From assembly GCA_965249485.1 (NCBI GenBank), contig OZ252239.1:480001-544000 (forward strand): 64,000 nucleotides of DNA, read 5' to 3'. How positions within the stretch are numbered: position 1 is the first letter of the stretch; each line of letters starts with the position of its first letter. Shown in pieces: positions 1 through 10,551 of the stretch. Position numbers and translations under genes: made by a program. The notes under the pieces were generated by a model. The model worked only from the letters and a program-made list of their open reading frames with translations. It made no database searches and was not told the origin of the DNA. This DNA comes from a bacterium (GTDB taxonomy: Bacteria; SM23-31).

Positions 1-2
1 CA

Positions 3-467
3 AACCGTTACACGACGCTCTGGTTTGAAGCAAATGAGACCGGTGAATTCACCCTCTTTTGTGCAGAATTTTGCGGGCAGCAGCATTCTCTTATGAGAGG
101 GCTGGTAAAAGTGCTTTCAGTAGAGGATTATGCTCAATGGATTCAGGAAAACTCAAATATTCTGGAAGGGCTTACTGCAGAAGAAGGCGGTGAGCTGCTC
201 TTTAACAGGAATTTATGCTACACCTGTCACAGTAACGACGGCACTGCGGGCAATGGTCCGACATGGCAGGGATTGTACGGAACAATGGAACAGTTGGCCG
301 ACGGCACTGAAGTATTAGTAGACGAAAACTATATCCGGGAATCGATTCTTGAACCACAGGCAAAGGTAACGGCTGGTTATGAGCCGATTATGCCGACGTA
401 TCAGGGAATATTGCAGGAAGATCACATTGACGCTCTTATAGCGTACATTAAATCACTGAGTAATTGA
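3..467 (+). CDS. coxB: Cytochrome c oxidase subunit II with fused C-terminal cytochrome c (caa3 type), 5'-truncated by the window edge
   Basis: Frame is open from nt 3: ...WFEANETGEFTLFCAEFCGQQHSLM contains the CuA motif CxExCxxxHxxM. Downstream heme-c motif CYTCH and axial Met in PIMP. Confidence 0.95.
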   Translation, partial: NRYTTLWFEANETGEFTLFCAEFCGQQHSLMRGLVKVLSVEDYAQWIQENSNILEGLTAEEGGELLFNRNLCYTCHSNDGTAGNGPTWQGLYGTMEQLADGTEVLVDENYIRESILEPQAKVTAGYEPIMPTYQGILQEDHIDALIAYIKSLSN

Positions 468-476
468 GGTGTTGCA

Positions 477-2087
477 TTGAACACTATACCCGAACGTAAT
501 TTTTTAACCGAAAAAAAAGGAATTGCGTCGTGGCTGCTTACGGTCGACCACAAACGGATCGGCATAATGTATCTCATTTCGATCACATTAGCCTTTTTTG
601 CCGCCGGAATTTTCGCTCTCATTCTGAGACTGGAACTGCTCTATCCGGGTGAGGATTTTATTTCACCCGATACGTACAATCAGTTTTTTACTCTGCATGG
701 AATTATAATGATTTTCTTGTTTATCATACCGTCAATTCCTGCAGTGCTCGGTAATTTTGTTTTACCACTTCAGATAGGCGCGAAAGACGTTGCATTCCCT
801 CGCTTAAATCTTTTAAGCTGGTATCTCTACTGGGCAGGGGCATTTCTGGCTGTCTATTCTATCATGTCGGGCGGTATCGATACAGGCTGGACTTTTTACG
901 CACCGTACAGCACCGATATTAGCGGAGCAGTAATTCCGATGACGATGGGAGCGTTCATCATCGGATTTTCATCAATTTTAACCGGTCTGAATTTTATTGT
1001 TACAATACACAAAATGCGTGCGCCGGGCATGACCTGGTTCAAAATGCCGCTCTTTGTTTGGGGGCTGTATGCTACGGCAGTACTGCAGGTGGTCGCAACT
1101 CCCGTTATTGGTATAACCCTTGTTCTGCTCGTGCTTGAACGTCTTCTTGGTGTCGGAATTTTCGATCCGGCTATGGGCGGTGATCCGGTCTTGTTTCAGC
1201 ATTTTTTCTGGTTCTATTCACATCCAGCGGTCTATATCATGATTCTCCCGGGAATGGGGATTATCAGCGAACTCATCACCGCATTCAGCCATAAAAGGAT
1301 TTTCGGTTACAAAGCGATCGCATATTCGAGTCTCGGTATTGCATTCACGAGCTTTCTCGTGTGGGGTCACCACATGTTTACGAGCGGCCAGTCTGAATTT
1401 GCGGTTATGATATTTTCGTTTCTGACATTTGTGGTCGGCATTCCATCGGCTATTAAAATCTTTAACTGGGTAGCAACCCTTTATAAAGGATCAATATCGC
1501 TCGACACACCGATGCTGTACGCACTTTCATTTTTAATACTTTTTACAATCGGGGGCTTAACGGGAATTTTTCTCGGTACGCTGTCGGTCGATATTTTTCT
1601 TCACGACACATACTTTGTCGTAGCCCACTTCCATTATGTTATGATGGGCGGTACCGTTATGGCGTTTCTCGGTGGACTCCATTACTGGTGGCCGAAAATT
1701 TGGGGGAGAACCTATAATGAGCGTCTCGGCCAAATCACCGCAGTTATTGTTTTTGTCGGATTTAACGTGACTTTTATATCCCAGTTTTTAGTCGGCCTTC
1801 AGGGCATGCCGCGACGGTATCATACGTATCTGCCGGAGTTTCAGCGGATGCACGGTTTTTCATCGGTCGGTTCATTTATTCTTGGTGCAGGCCTTCTAAT
1901 TGTAGCAATATACTTGATTCATGCTGTTTTCAAAGGTAAGCCGGCCGGCAGTAATCCCTGGGGTGCATTAACGCTCGAATGGCAAACAACATCTCCGCCG
2001 CCACTCCATAATTTTGAGGAACCGCCGGTAGCAACGCACGGACCGTATAATTTCGATAAAATAGAAGTAGAAAGTACGCTCAGGTAA
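477..2087 (+). CDS. coxA: Cytochrome c oxidase subunit I, A2 type
   Basis: [30 protein letters not shown] (YS motif of A2 oxidases), [23 protein letters not shown]. Confidence 0.97.
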   Translation: MNTIPERNFLTEKKGIASWLLTVDHKRIGIMYLISITLAFFAAGIFALILRLELLYPGEDFISPDTYNQFFTLHGIIMIFLFIIPSIPAVLGNFVLPLQIGAKDVAFPRLNLLSWYLYWAGAFLAVYSIMSGGIDTGWTFYAPYSTDISGAVIPMTMGAFIIGFSSILTGLNFIVTIHKMRAPGMTWFKMPLFVWGLYATAVLQVVATPVIGITLVLLVLERLLGVGIFDPAMGGDPVLFQHFFWFYSHPAVYIMILPGMGIISELITAFSHKRIFGYKAIAYSSLGIAFTSFLVWGHHMFTSGQSEFAVMIFSFLTFVVGIPSAIKIFNWVATLYKGSISLDTPMLYALSFLILFTIGGLTGIFLGTLSVDIFLHDTYFVVAHFHYVMMGGTVMAFLGGLHYWWPKIWGRTYNERLGQITAVIVFVGFNVTFISQFLVGLQGMPRRYHTYLPEFQRMHGFSSVGSFILGAGLLIVAIYLIHAVFKGKPAGSNPWGALTLEWQTTSPPPLHNFEEPPVATHGPYNFDKIEVESTLR

Positions 2088-2091
2088 TTCT

Positions 2092-2742
2092 ATGGAATCA
2101 CAGCACACTGACCACCCTAAATTTCTTCAGCACCATTTTCATGATGCGCAGCAGCAGCATGAATCCGCAAAGCTAGGAATGTGGTTATTTTTATTGACCG
2201 AAGTACTCCTTTTCGGCGGCCTTTTTCTGGCGTATGCTGTTTTTCGTGCTTGGAATCCTGAGATGTTTGCTGCGGCAAACGAAGAATTGAGTGTTCCGTT
2301 AGGTTCTCTGAATACTATTATGCTCATTACGAGCTCACTGACTATGGCACTAGCCATCAGAAGTGTTCAACTGAATAACAGCACAGCAAGCATCAAATAT
2401 CTTGTTATGACGATTCTGTTTGCTGCAGGATTTATGATCGTTAAATATTTTGAATACAGCCATAAATTTGAGGTAGGACAGCTCCCAGGAGAATACTATT
2501 TTTTTGAAGGGATTGAGGGAACAAATCCGCATATATTTTTCAGCCTTTATTTTATGATGACAGGTCTCCATGGCATTCATGTTATGATAGGAATAGGGAT
2601 CATTTCATGGATGATTTTGCGGGTAAAAAAAGGTGAGTTCTCAAGTGAATATTATACTCCGCTTGAATTAACCGGCCTGTACTGGCATCTTGTTGATTTG
2701 ATTTGGATTTATCTGTTCCCATTACTGTACTTAATCGGTTAA
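2092..2742 (+). CDS. coxC: Cytochrome c oxidase subunit III
   Basis: GMWLFLLTEVLLFGGLF, TGLHGIHV, GLYWHLVDLIW; position in cox operon. Confidence 0.95.
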   Translation: MESQHTDHPKFLQHHFHDAQQQHESAKLGMWLFLLTEVLLFGGLFLAYAVFRAWNPEMFAAANEELSVPLGSLNTIMLITSSLTMALAIRSVQLNNSTASIKYLVMTILFAAGFMIVKYFEYSHKFEVGQLPGEYYFFEGIEGTNPHIFFSLYFMMTGLHGIHVMIGIGIISWMILRVKKGEFSSEYYTPLELTGLYWHLVDLIWIYLFPLLYLIG

Positions 2743-2746
2743 GACT

Positions 2747-3133
2747 ATGAGCAAACAGGGACCACATGTAATTCCACTCGGTGTTTACCTCGGTATCGGG
2801 GGTGCACTATTTGTGATGACAATTGTCACGATTGCTGTGTCGTATATTGAACTTGGATTTTTGAATATTGTTGTTGCGCTTGCCATTGCCTCGATCAAGG
2901 CACTGCTCGTAGCATTTTTCTTTATGCATCTTTACTATGACAATAAATTGTATTTATTCATCTTTGCCTCTTCCTTGTTTTTCTTAACAGTCCTCATCTC
3001 GACTACAATGTTCGATACACTTCGCCGAGGCGATATCTATGATTACCGGAGTAGTGCAATTCAACCTGATGCGAAAATATATACATTGCCTACAACCTCG
3101 ACTGCTCTTGCAGATTCATCGGGACCGCAATAA
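2747..3133 (+). CDS. Cytochrome c oxidase subunit IV
   Basis: Three TM helices, IKALLVAFFFMHL motif; follows subunit III. Confidence 0.9.
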   Translation: MSKQGPHVIPLGVYLGIGGALFVMTIVTIAVSYIELGFLNIVVALAIASIKALLVAFFFMHLYYDNKLYLFIFASSLFFLTVLISTTMFDTLRRGDIYDYRSSAIQPDAKIYTLPTTSTALADSSGPQ

Positions 3134-3155
3134 AATAATCCGCTTTCGTAGAAAT

Positions 3156-3183
3156 TTGAATCATTTTTGTTGCTTCTTATAAT
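3156..3183 (+). promoter_or_regulatory. Putative sigma70 promoter for ctaA-sco-DUF420
   Basis: TTGAAT-N16-TATAAT about 70 nt upstream of ctaA. Confidence 0.4.
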
Positions 3184-3249
3184 GTTTCTATATTACTTTT
3201 CTTCTCTATCAGCCATATATCTGATTCTAATCATAGACTGGAAACGACA

Positions 3250-4185
3250 GTGATGACCTCCTTTCGCAGAAGTGCACTTATCTCAACCTTAGCAACGTAT
3301 TTTTTGATTTTTGTCGGCGGGCTTGTCAGAGTAGCCGGTGCCGGTCTTGGATGTCCCGACTGGCCAAAGTGTTTCGGGCGGTGGATTCCACCAACCGATG
3401 TCAGCCAGATTCCTGTGGGTATTGATCCAGCAACATTCAATTTTACACTTGCCTGGATCGAATATGTGAATCGTTTATTCGGTGTCTTACTCGGAGTTCT
3501 GATTGTGATAACCACTGTCTTCGCTATCCGGCAATACCGGAACGTGCCGAGAATATTTTATTCGTCTTTAGCAGCACTCTTTGTGGTCGGATTTCAGGGG
3601 TGGTACGGAAGTCTTGTTGTCGGGTCAGAGCTGCTTCCGATCACGGTGAGCGTTCATATGTTGCTTGCGTTTTTGCTCGCAGGTCTCCTTATCTATGCAA
3701 CCCAACAGGCCTATTATATTGAAACACCCGGCTCGGACTCGGATGTATCCTATCCGAATCAGTTATCGAAATGGCTGTGGATTCTGGCCGGTCTGACACT
3801 TCTGCAGATTGTGCTTGGAACACAAATCAGATCGGCAATCGAGATTATTCAGGTACAGTTTCCTGAAATAGCGAGAGGAGAATGGCTTGATCGTGTGGGA
3901 TCTGTGCAGAATGTGCACTGGATCGTCAGTATTGTCATGCTTCTGATTACCTGGCAGATTAGCAGGACTCTTGTCAGACAAAAATCAGCGCTGCCGCCGT
4001 TGATTAAACTGAGTTCTCATGGGCTGATGCTTTTTATTGCTGCACAGATTACTGTTGGAATTGTGATCGTCACAACCGGAATCCCTGAAATCATGCAATT
4101 GTTCCATTTGTGGTTTGCTAGCCTCTATTTCGGTGTGATTGTTATACTGCTTTCGGGATTGAATAGGTGTCCTGGAAAATCATGA
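3250..4185 (+). CDS. ctaA: Heme A synthase (COX15/CtaA family)
   Basis: GGLVR..AGLGCPDWPKC, EYVNRLFG, further His in VSVHM, NVHW and LFHLW; about 8 TM segments; next to cox genes. Confidence 0.9.
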   Translation: MMTSFRRSALISTLATYFLIFVGGLVRVAGAGLGCPDWPKCFGRWIPPTDVSQIPVGIDPATFNFTLAWIEYVNRLFGVLLGVLIVITTVFAIRQYRNVPRIFYSSLAALFVVGFQGWYGSLVVGSELLPITVSVHMLLAFLLAGLLIYATQQAYYIETPGSDSDVSYPNQLSKWLWILAGLTLLQIVLGTQIRSAIEIIQVQFPEIARGEWLDRVGSVQNVHWIVSIVMLLITWQISRTLVRQKSALPPLIKLSSHGLMLFIAAQITVGIVIVTTGIPEIMQLFHLWFASLYFGVIVILLSGLNRCPGKS

Positions 4186-4201
4186 AACGGAGTATCGCAC
4201 A

Positions 4202-4789
4202 ATGAAAAAGATATTTATAATCGCAGTTATTGGTTTATTTGTTATGGGGCTCGGCGCATGGTACGTCATTTTTCAGGCGAATCAATCACGGATCGAGGCA
4301 ATCGACATTTATGGTGAAGTACCGGCATTTGAATTTACCGCCCATTCTGGTGAACCGTTTGGTATTGGCAATATGAAAGGTACTCTCTCTGTTGTCGATT
4401 TTATATTTACAAGCTGTCAGTCTGCTTGCCCAATTATGTCTGCAACAATGAAGGAATTGTATCAGATTTATCATGGTTCCGGTACTGTTCAATTTGTTTC
4501 TTTTTCAGTCGATCCTGATGTCGATACACTGCCGGTTTTACGAGATTATGCCCGGATGTGGGGAGTTGATGATAAATACTGGACCTTTGTCAGGGCACCC
4601 GTAGAAGACATCAAAAATCTAAGTGAGCAGGGATTTTATCTTCCTGCTGAGGGTCTTCCGATGGGACACAGTACGAGATTTGCGCTTGTTGATCAAAACG
4701 GAAAAATCAGAGGGTATTACGATAGTTTTGATCCAGAAAGTATGGCAGAATTAAAAACACGTATCGATTATCTAGCAGATGAAATGTGA
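4202..4789 (+). CDS. SCO1/SenC copper chaperone
   Basis: N-terminal TM, DFIFTSCQSACP (CxxxC), SVDP..DT, GHSTRFALVD. Confidence 0.93.
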   Translation: MKKIFIIAVIGLFVMGLGAWYVIFQANQSRIEAIDIYGEVPAFEFTAHSGEPFGIGNMKGTLSVVDFIFTSCQSACPIMSATMKELYQIYHGSGTVQFVSFSVDPDVDTLPVLRDYARMWGVDDKYWTFVRAPVEDIKNLSEQGFYLPAEGLPMGHSTRFALVDQNGKIRGYYDSFDPESMAELKTRIDYLADEM

Positions 4790-5205
4790 TGGCTCTATCG
4801 GATCTCGTAACGATAAATGCTCTTTTAAACAGCGTTGCAAGCATACTCCTGTTAGCAGGATTTATTCAAATCAGGAAAGGAAACCGTGATGTACACAAAA
4901 AGCTAATGCTCAGCGCTCTTGGTGTTTCGATTCTGTTTCTTATCTCATATCTCGTCTACCACGCCAATGTGGGATCGGTACCTTATCCGTATAATGACTG
5001 GACAAGACCCGTCTACTTTTTCATATTAGTCCCCCATATAATCCTTGCAGCGGTGATGGGTCCTTTTATCCTCTACGTCGTCCGGCATGCATTCAAGGAG
5101 AATTTCACAAAACATAAACGGCTCGCCCGGTGGGTTTTTCCGGTTTGGATGTATGTTTCAGTTACCGGTGTGTGCATCTATTTGATGTTGTACCGCCCTT
5201 TTTAG
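4786..5205 (+). CDS. DUF420 family membrane protein (CtaM-like, oxidase-associated)
   Basis: NALLN, HKKLML, FLISYLVYH, HKRLARW..PVWMYVSVTG. Confidence 0.88.
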   Translation: MMALSDLVTINALLNSVASILLLAGFIQIRKGNRDVHKKLMLSALGVSILFLISYLVYHANVGSVPYPYNDWTRPVYFFILVPHIILAAVMGPFILYVVRHAFKENFTKHKRLARWVFPVWMYVSVTGVCIYLMLYRPF

Positions 5206-5232
5206 AAATCCAAACTTGCAACAAAAATTCGG

Positions 5233-6369
5233 TCATAATCTGATAAATTTACTGCCGGGCAGCTTGCGAATAAGTCCTTTAAGCTCAAGTGTGAGGAGAA
5301 TTGCCAGGACTTTTGCTGTGGGTAAATCACTTTTTTGTGTGATATTGTCAATTTGTATAGGTTCAGAATCGACGCATTCATAGAGAATCGATTCTTCATG
5401 GGACAGATTGACAGGGGGTGCTTTAATCTCTTCTACTATATCGGAAGTTATCCCAAGTGCCGGTCTGAGTTCGTTGATAATATCCTGAGCATTCTGGACA
5501 AGCTTCGCAGCCCCGTCTCTGATGAGTGCATTCGATCCGAGGCTATAGCGGCTCGAAATATTACCCGGTACGGCGAACACCTCCCGGTTTTGTTCGAGGG
5601 CTGCCGATGCTGTGATGAGCGCTCCGCTTTTTTTACCTGCTTCAACCACTACTGTCCCCAACGACATACCGCTGATTATCCTGTTTCGCTGCGGAAAATT
5701 TCCGGGCCATGGTTTTGTGCCGAATGGAAACTCTGATACCACTGCACCGTTATTGATTATTTCTTTAGAGAGTGAATTATTTGAAGCGGGATACACAACA
5801 TCAATACCGCACCCAAGAATGGCAATGGTCCGGCCGCCCGATTTCAGCGATGCCCAATGTGCTTCAGTGTCAATACCTGCTGCCATACCGCTCACAACCG
5901 TAATTCCATGAGCGGCAAGATCTCCTGCAATCTTCTCGGCGGCACACCGACCATATTCAGATACTGTCCGAGACCCGACAACTGCAATAGACCGTTCATC
6001 TTCGGGCCGAATAGTACCTTTCATGAAAAGAACAAGAGGAGGGCTGTAAATATTGAGCAGGTTTTTCGGGTAAGCTTCATCCCAAATTGTAAGAACTGAA
6101 GCATTGTGTTTTTTTAACTTTTCTAATTGTTCATCAACGTGCTTCGCAAGTTCAGGGTCACGGACAGATTTCAAAAAATATTTTGCAAGCTTTTCACTAA
6201 AACCATCGACTCGTATCAAATCGTTGACCGGCGCACTATACATACGCTCAGGGTTTTTAAAAGCCTGAATTAGTTTATATGCTCTGTAGGGTCCGATAGA
6301 AGGGATAAAGTGAAGTTTGAGAAGGTCGCGGAGCGGTAATTTCTTTGTTTTATTGAGATCCTGTATCAT
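5233..6369 (-). CDS. dprA: DNA-processing protein DprA/Smf
   Basis: YP..L..I..PP, AVVGSR, VSGMAAGID, FPQRNRIISG, EAGKKSGALITA, C-terminal winged helix; overlaps the obgE stop. Confidence 0.95.
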   Translation of the reverse strand: MIQDLNKTKKLPLRDLLKLHFIPSIGPYRAYKLIQAFKNPERMYSAPVNDLIRVDGFSEKLAKYFLKSVRDPELAKHVDEQLEKLKKHNASVLTIWDEAYPKNLLNIYSPPLVLFMKGTIRPEDERSIAVVGSRTVSEYGRCAAEKIAGDLAAHGITVVSGMAAGIDTEAHWASLKSGGRTIAILGCGIDVVYPASNNSLSKEIINNGAVVSEFPFGTKPWPGNFPQRNRIISGMSLGTVVVEAGKKSGALITASAALEQNREVFAVPGNISSRYSLGSNALIRDGAAKLVQNAQDIINELRPALGITSDIVEEIKAPPVNLSHEESILYECVDSEPIQIDNITQKSDLPTAKVLAILLTLELKGLIRKLPGSKFIRL

Positions 6370-7327
6370 AGTTAAGGAGCGTGCAACATCTCTCTTTGAG
6401 TTCAGTTAGACCAGTATGTCTCACCGCTGAAAGTGCGAGTACCGGAATCCCTTCAATTTTTTTGGGAATATCGGCTTCAGGATCAAGGTCTTGTTTTGTC
6501 AGAATTATGAGTTTTGCTTTTTTGAGGACGGCCGGATTAAATTTTTCAATTTCCTGCGAAAGAGTCTTGTAGGTTGCCACTGGATCAGAATCGGTAATTT
6601 CAATAAGGAACATTAATACACTCGTGCGCTCGATATGGCGGAGAAATCTGTCTCCGAGTCCTTTTCCAGTGTGTGCTCCTTCGATAAGGCCGGGAATATC
6701 GGCCATTACAAAACTGTGAAATTCATGGCACTTGACAATTCCGAGATTGGGAACAAGCGTAGTAAAAGGGTAATCGGCAATTTTCGGACGTGCTGCTGAA
6801 ACAACAGAAATAAGAGTCGATTTTCCGGCATTAGGAAAACCGACTAATCCGATATCGGCAAGCAGCTTAAGTTCGAGCGTAACTGTTTTCCGTTCACCTT
6901 CTATGCCCGGCTCCCATTTTCGGGGCGCTCTGTCAGTCGGTGACACATAGCGAGCGTTCCCACGTCCTCCCCGGCCGCCACGCACAACGGTCAGCTGTTG
7001 CCCAGATTCCATAATTTCACCTAAAACGGTTTCGTCTTCATGGATAACTGTGCCAATTGGAACCGGAATTGTGACACTACTACCGGCTTTACCTTTCTTG
7101 TTTGCACTCTTGCCATGCACTCCTCGTTTTGCTTTATAAATCCGGCTGTATCTGGTATCAATTAACGTATGTAACCCGGAGTCGCCAATGAAAATAATGT
7201 CACCGCCTTTTCCCCCATCACCACCATCAGGACCACCGAGAGAGACATATTTTTCGCGCTTAAAACTCATACAGCCACTCCCCCCCGTACCAGCAATGAG
7301 CTTTATTACTGCTTCATCGACAAACAT
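6350..7327 (-). CDS. obgE: GTPase ObgE (no extended C-terminal domain)
   Basis: MFVDEA, Gly-rich Obg fold, GFPNAGKS, YPFTT, DIPG, TKQD. Confidence 0.97.
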   Translation of the reverse strand: MFVDEAVIKLIAGTGGSGCMSFKREKYVSLGGPDGGDGGKGGDIIFIGDSGLHTLIDTRYSRIYKAKRGVHGKSANKKGKAGSSVTIPVPIGTVIHEDETVLGEIMESGQQLTVVRGGRGGRGNARYVSPTDRAPRKWEPGIEGERKTVTLELKLLADIGLVGFPNAGKSTLISVVSAARPKIADYPFTTLVPNLGIVKCHEFHSFVMADIPGLIEGAHTGKGLGDRFLRHIERTSVLMFLIEITDSDPVATYKTLSQEIEKFNPAVLKKAKLIILTKQDLDPEADIPKKIEGIPVLALSAVRHTGLTELKERCCTLLNYDTGSQ

Positions 7328-7388
7328 TTCAGTTATTTCGGATTTCTCTTGTAAGTGATTTATTGATGTGAATCCGTGTGACTTATTG

Positions 7389-7435
7389 AAAAAAGGGCTC
7401 TGATTAGTGATATGTCATATAGACGGAGCCCTTTT
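7389..7435 (-). terminator. Probable intrinsic terminator downstream of icd
   Basis: AAAAGGGCTC...GAGCCCTTTT inverted repeat with a large 25-nt loop, followed by a T-run on the minus strand. Confidence 0.5.
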
Positions 7436-7547
7436 CTGATTTTTTTGTAGAGTAATAATTAGTACATTTTTTCTGCTTGCCCGGAAATCGTATTCGTCGC
7501 TATTATACCGATAAATTTATCGACCACCATGCAAATGCATATATAGT

Positions 7548-8792
7548 TTACATATTGTCGACAATTGCCTGGCCAAATTCCGAGCACTTCAATAATTTCG
7601 CACCCTCAACCTGCCGTTCTAGATCGTACGTAAGTGTTTTGTTCAGGATTGTTTTCTCCAAACCTCTATAGACGTTGTCCCGTGCATCATCCCAGCCGAG
7701 ATATTCAAGCATGAGTGCTCCCGAAAGAATCAAAGAACCGGGATTGACTTTGTCTTGTCCCGCATATTTGGGAGCGGTACCATGTGTCGCTTCAAAGAGA
7801 CCGATATAATCACCGATGTTTGCTCCCGGGGCCAAACCGAGTCCGCCGACCTGTGCTGCACATGCGTCCGACAGATAGTCTCCGTTAAGATTCATGGTAG
7901 CAAGGACATCATATTCGTTCGGCCGAATGAGAACCTGCTGAAATATACTGTCTGCTATTCTGTCATTGATGACAATCTTACCATCGGGTACATTCCCATT
8001 GTGTTTATCCCAGAGATCCTTTTCAGAAATGGTCACATCTCCGTACTCTTCTGCAGCAAGCTGATAACCCCAATCACGAAAGGCACCTTCCGTGTATTTC
8101 ATAATATTGCCTTTATGGACGAGTGTGACGCTCTTCCGGTCCCGTTCAATTGCATAATCAATCGCCTTTTTTATAAGTCGGCGTGATCCTGTAATGCTGA
8201 TCGGTTTTACTCCAATACCGGAATCGCGTAATATCGATGTGCCCATGGTTTCATTCAGGAAATTAATGACCTGAACAGCTTCCGCAGAACCTTCCTGCCA
8301 TTCGATTCCTGAATATACATCCTCAGTGTTTTCACGAAAGATGACAATGTCGAGATTTTCGGGATGGCTCACTGGACTCGGTGTCCCCTGATAATACCGT
8401 ACCGGCCTTATGCATGCATAGAGGTTCAGCAATTGTCTCAGAGACACATTCAGGCTGCGGAATCCTCCGCCGATCGGCGTCGTCAGAGGTCCTTTAATAG
8501 CAACGATATAATATTTGATAGCTTCCAGTGTATCTTGTGGGAGGAATTCATTGTATTTTTCGTCCGCCTTTTCACCGGCATATATTTCAAACCACTCTAT
8601 TTTTTTTGCACCGTTATATGCTTTTTCTATAGCAGCATCGAGAACAATCTGCGTCGCCTTCCAAATATCAACTCCAATACCATCTCCTGCGATAAACGGA
8701 ATAATCGGGTTATCTGGAATCTTCAGTGTGTTATTTTCAATTAGGATTCTCTCGCCGCTTTTAGGATGTTCGAGCTTCTGAAATGTTGTCAT
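7548..8792 (-). CDS. icd: NADP-dependent isocitrate dehydrogenase (E. coli-type homodimer)
   Basis: [51 protein letters not shown]. Confidence 0.97.
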   Translation of the reverse strand: MTTFQKLEHPKSGERILIENNTLKIPDNPIIPFIAGDGIGVDIWKATQIVLDAAIEKAYNGAKKIEWFEIYAGEKADEKYNEFLPQDTLEAIKYYIVAIKGPLTTPIGGGFRSLNVSLRQLLNLYACIRPVRYYQGTPSPVSHPENLDIVIFRENTEDVYSGIEWQEGSAEAVQVINFLNETMGTSILRDSGIGVKPISITGSRRLIKKAIDYAIERDRKSVTLVHKGNIMKYTEGAFRDWGYQLAAEEYGDVTISEKDLWDKHNGNVPDGKIVINDRIADSIFQQVLIRPNEYDVLATMNLNGDYLSDACAAQVGGLGLAPGANIGDYIGLFEATHGTAPKYAGQDKVNPGSLILSGALMLEYLGWDDARDNVYRGLEKTILNKTLTYDLERQVEGAKLLKCSEFGQAIVDNM

Positions 8793-8976
8793 CGTTTTCC
8801 TCTTTCAATTACACGTTATTCAATAACGCTATTCTGTATTAAATCACAAAATTAGATGATTACATTAATCAAACTCACACCTTGAAATATACTCTTTATA
8901 TGCTTAAAAATCAATGGTTTCAACGGAAATATATGACAGAATACAACTAATTATTTATATTATTTCAAATAAGTGT

Positions 8977-9003
8977 TAAAGTTTGTAATACAGGTGCCGA
9001 TGT
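8977..9003 (+). promoter_or_regulatory. Sigma28 (FliA/SigD)-type promoter
   Basis: TAAAGTTT...GCCGATGT with exactly 15 nt between TAAA and GCCGAT, versus consensus TAAA-N15-GCCGATAA. Confidence 0.65.
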
Positions 9004-9127
9004 AAAGATACGGGCAGTACAGTCATTTTTTGAATTTTGTACACATAAAGCGACTCAATCCCTTTTTTAAGGGTGTTACAACTTCCTGATTTATTCTTTT
9101 AGATGGTGCAATCCGGGTGAGTTTATT

Positions 9128-9424
9128 ATGGCAATAAGCGACTTTACCCGTATCAGCACTACTTATTTGGTACACCCCCTTTTACAATCCTTTAAAACCA
9201 AGAGATTCCACGTTTAATTCTGTCAAGAATGCTTTAAGATAACTGGCCGAAGTGATGTTGGTAATAATTACACTGCAAGGAATAAGTACATAATCGCAAC
9301 TATAGATTATTTCGTACTATCATGTATGGATTTGTTTAGAAATCGTGCGCAGAAACTACACGATGTTTGTGCAGAGAATTCGAGAATTAGGAGGTATATC
9401 GTACTTCTGAAACGGATAGGTTAG
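9128..9424 (+). pseudogene. Probable heavily decayed flagellin relic (or sigma28-driven small ORF)
   Basis: One frame: MAISDFTRISTTYLVHPLLQSFKTKRFHV*FCQECFKITGR...YIIA...AENSRIR. The N-terminus resembles the MxxxDxTRINTN flagellin start; it lies downstream of a sigma28 promoter. Confidence 0.4.
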
Positions 9425-9606
9425 CGTTTTAAAAAACCGAGGCAATATTGATTAGCGGTTACAAAATCTCCGTCAAACTTCCCTCTGCATATTCCTTCTC
9501 GGGCCCGCGGAGGACTATTGCGATTTGAGTGTGCCCGTTCTTCCCAGTATTTACAATTGAGGCAGCTTTCTTCGAATTTGAGGCCGTCTTTTCTTGGTTC
9601 GCTCAT
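9421..9606 (-). CDS. Small 4-Cys protein, HiPIP-like cysteine pattern, no signal peptide
   Basis: CLNCKYW...GICRGKFDGDFVTANQYCLGF; in-frame stop 10 codons upstream rules out a longer N-terminus. Confidence 0.55.
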   Translation of the reverse strand: MSEPRKDGLKFEESCLNCKYWEERAHSNRNSPPRAREGICRGKFDGDFVTANQYCLGFLKR

Positions 9607-9887
9607 TGTATAATTATTTAGGATAGATTTTTCTTATTCTTTTATTTTTGTATAAATCAGGTAAAATTATTTTGTTTAATTGCATACATTGACATACTAT
9701 AGTACAAATTTTAAGTTAATTTCACAAAGTAAATCTATACTATTTAAGCTAATTTCAAGAAAATTTTATCATTGCTGCACATATATAGTTTACTAACTTT
9801 CCATAGTTGATAAGAGTTATTACTGTTTCGTGTTAAATTTTGTAACTGAAGTATTTCAACCAACATAATCAAAGGAGGAGCATTTCC

Positions 9888-10551
9888 ATGTTCTAAAAAT
9901 TATTAGCTGAATTTATTGCAACATTTGCGCTCGTTTTTATTGGCGGTGGAGCTGTTCACATAAATGTATTTTCCAACGGTGCTTTAGGATTAACCGGTAT
10001 TGCACTTGCTCACAGATTAGTTCTCTTGACTATGGTATATGCAACGGGTCACATTTCTGGTGCGTATTTCAATCCTGCTGTTACGTTCGGGATGTTTATT
10101 ACAAAAAACATAAAAGGAAGTGCTGCATTCGGATATATTTTAGCACAGCTTTCCGGTTCTATTGTTGCAGGAGTATTGCATGTAACCTTATTACCCTATA
10201 CACCGGACGGAAATCTGGGAGTAACTTAAGATATCTTCCGACATATCGGCAATAACAGGCATGGAGATCGAAGCAGTCCTGACGTTTTTTCTAGTATTTG
10301 TTATTTTTGGAACAGCAGTTGATTCAAAAGCGCCGGCAGGGATGTACGGACTGGCAATTGGACTAGTGCTTACGTTCGATATTCTCGTAGGCGGGACGCT
10401 TACCGGAGCATCAATGAATCCTGCACGGACTTTTGGACCTGCCCTCATCTCCGGATTTTGGGAGCACCATTGGGTATACTGGATTGGACCGCTCCTCGGA
10501 GGATCGGCAGCGGCAATTATATATAAAAAGTTTTTGCAAACTACCAATTAG
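9888..10551 (+). pseudogene. Aquaporin (MIP family) pseudogene
   Basis: SD AAAGGAGG, then ATG TTC TAA (stop at codon 3), then KLLAEFIATFALVFIGGG...GHISGAYFNPAVT. A +1 frameshift near 10227 leads to ...TGASMNPARTFGP...HWVYWIGPLLG. Both NPA motifs present. Confidence 0.9.

Noticed and set aside
3460..3474. CtaA first conserved His replaced by Asn (EYVNR)
   Set aside because: ExxNR variants are, to my recollection, common among CtaA homologs; the other three His and the Cys pair are intact
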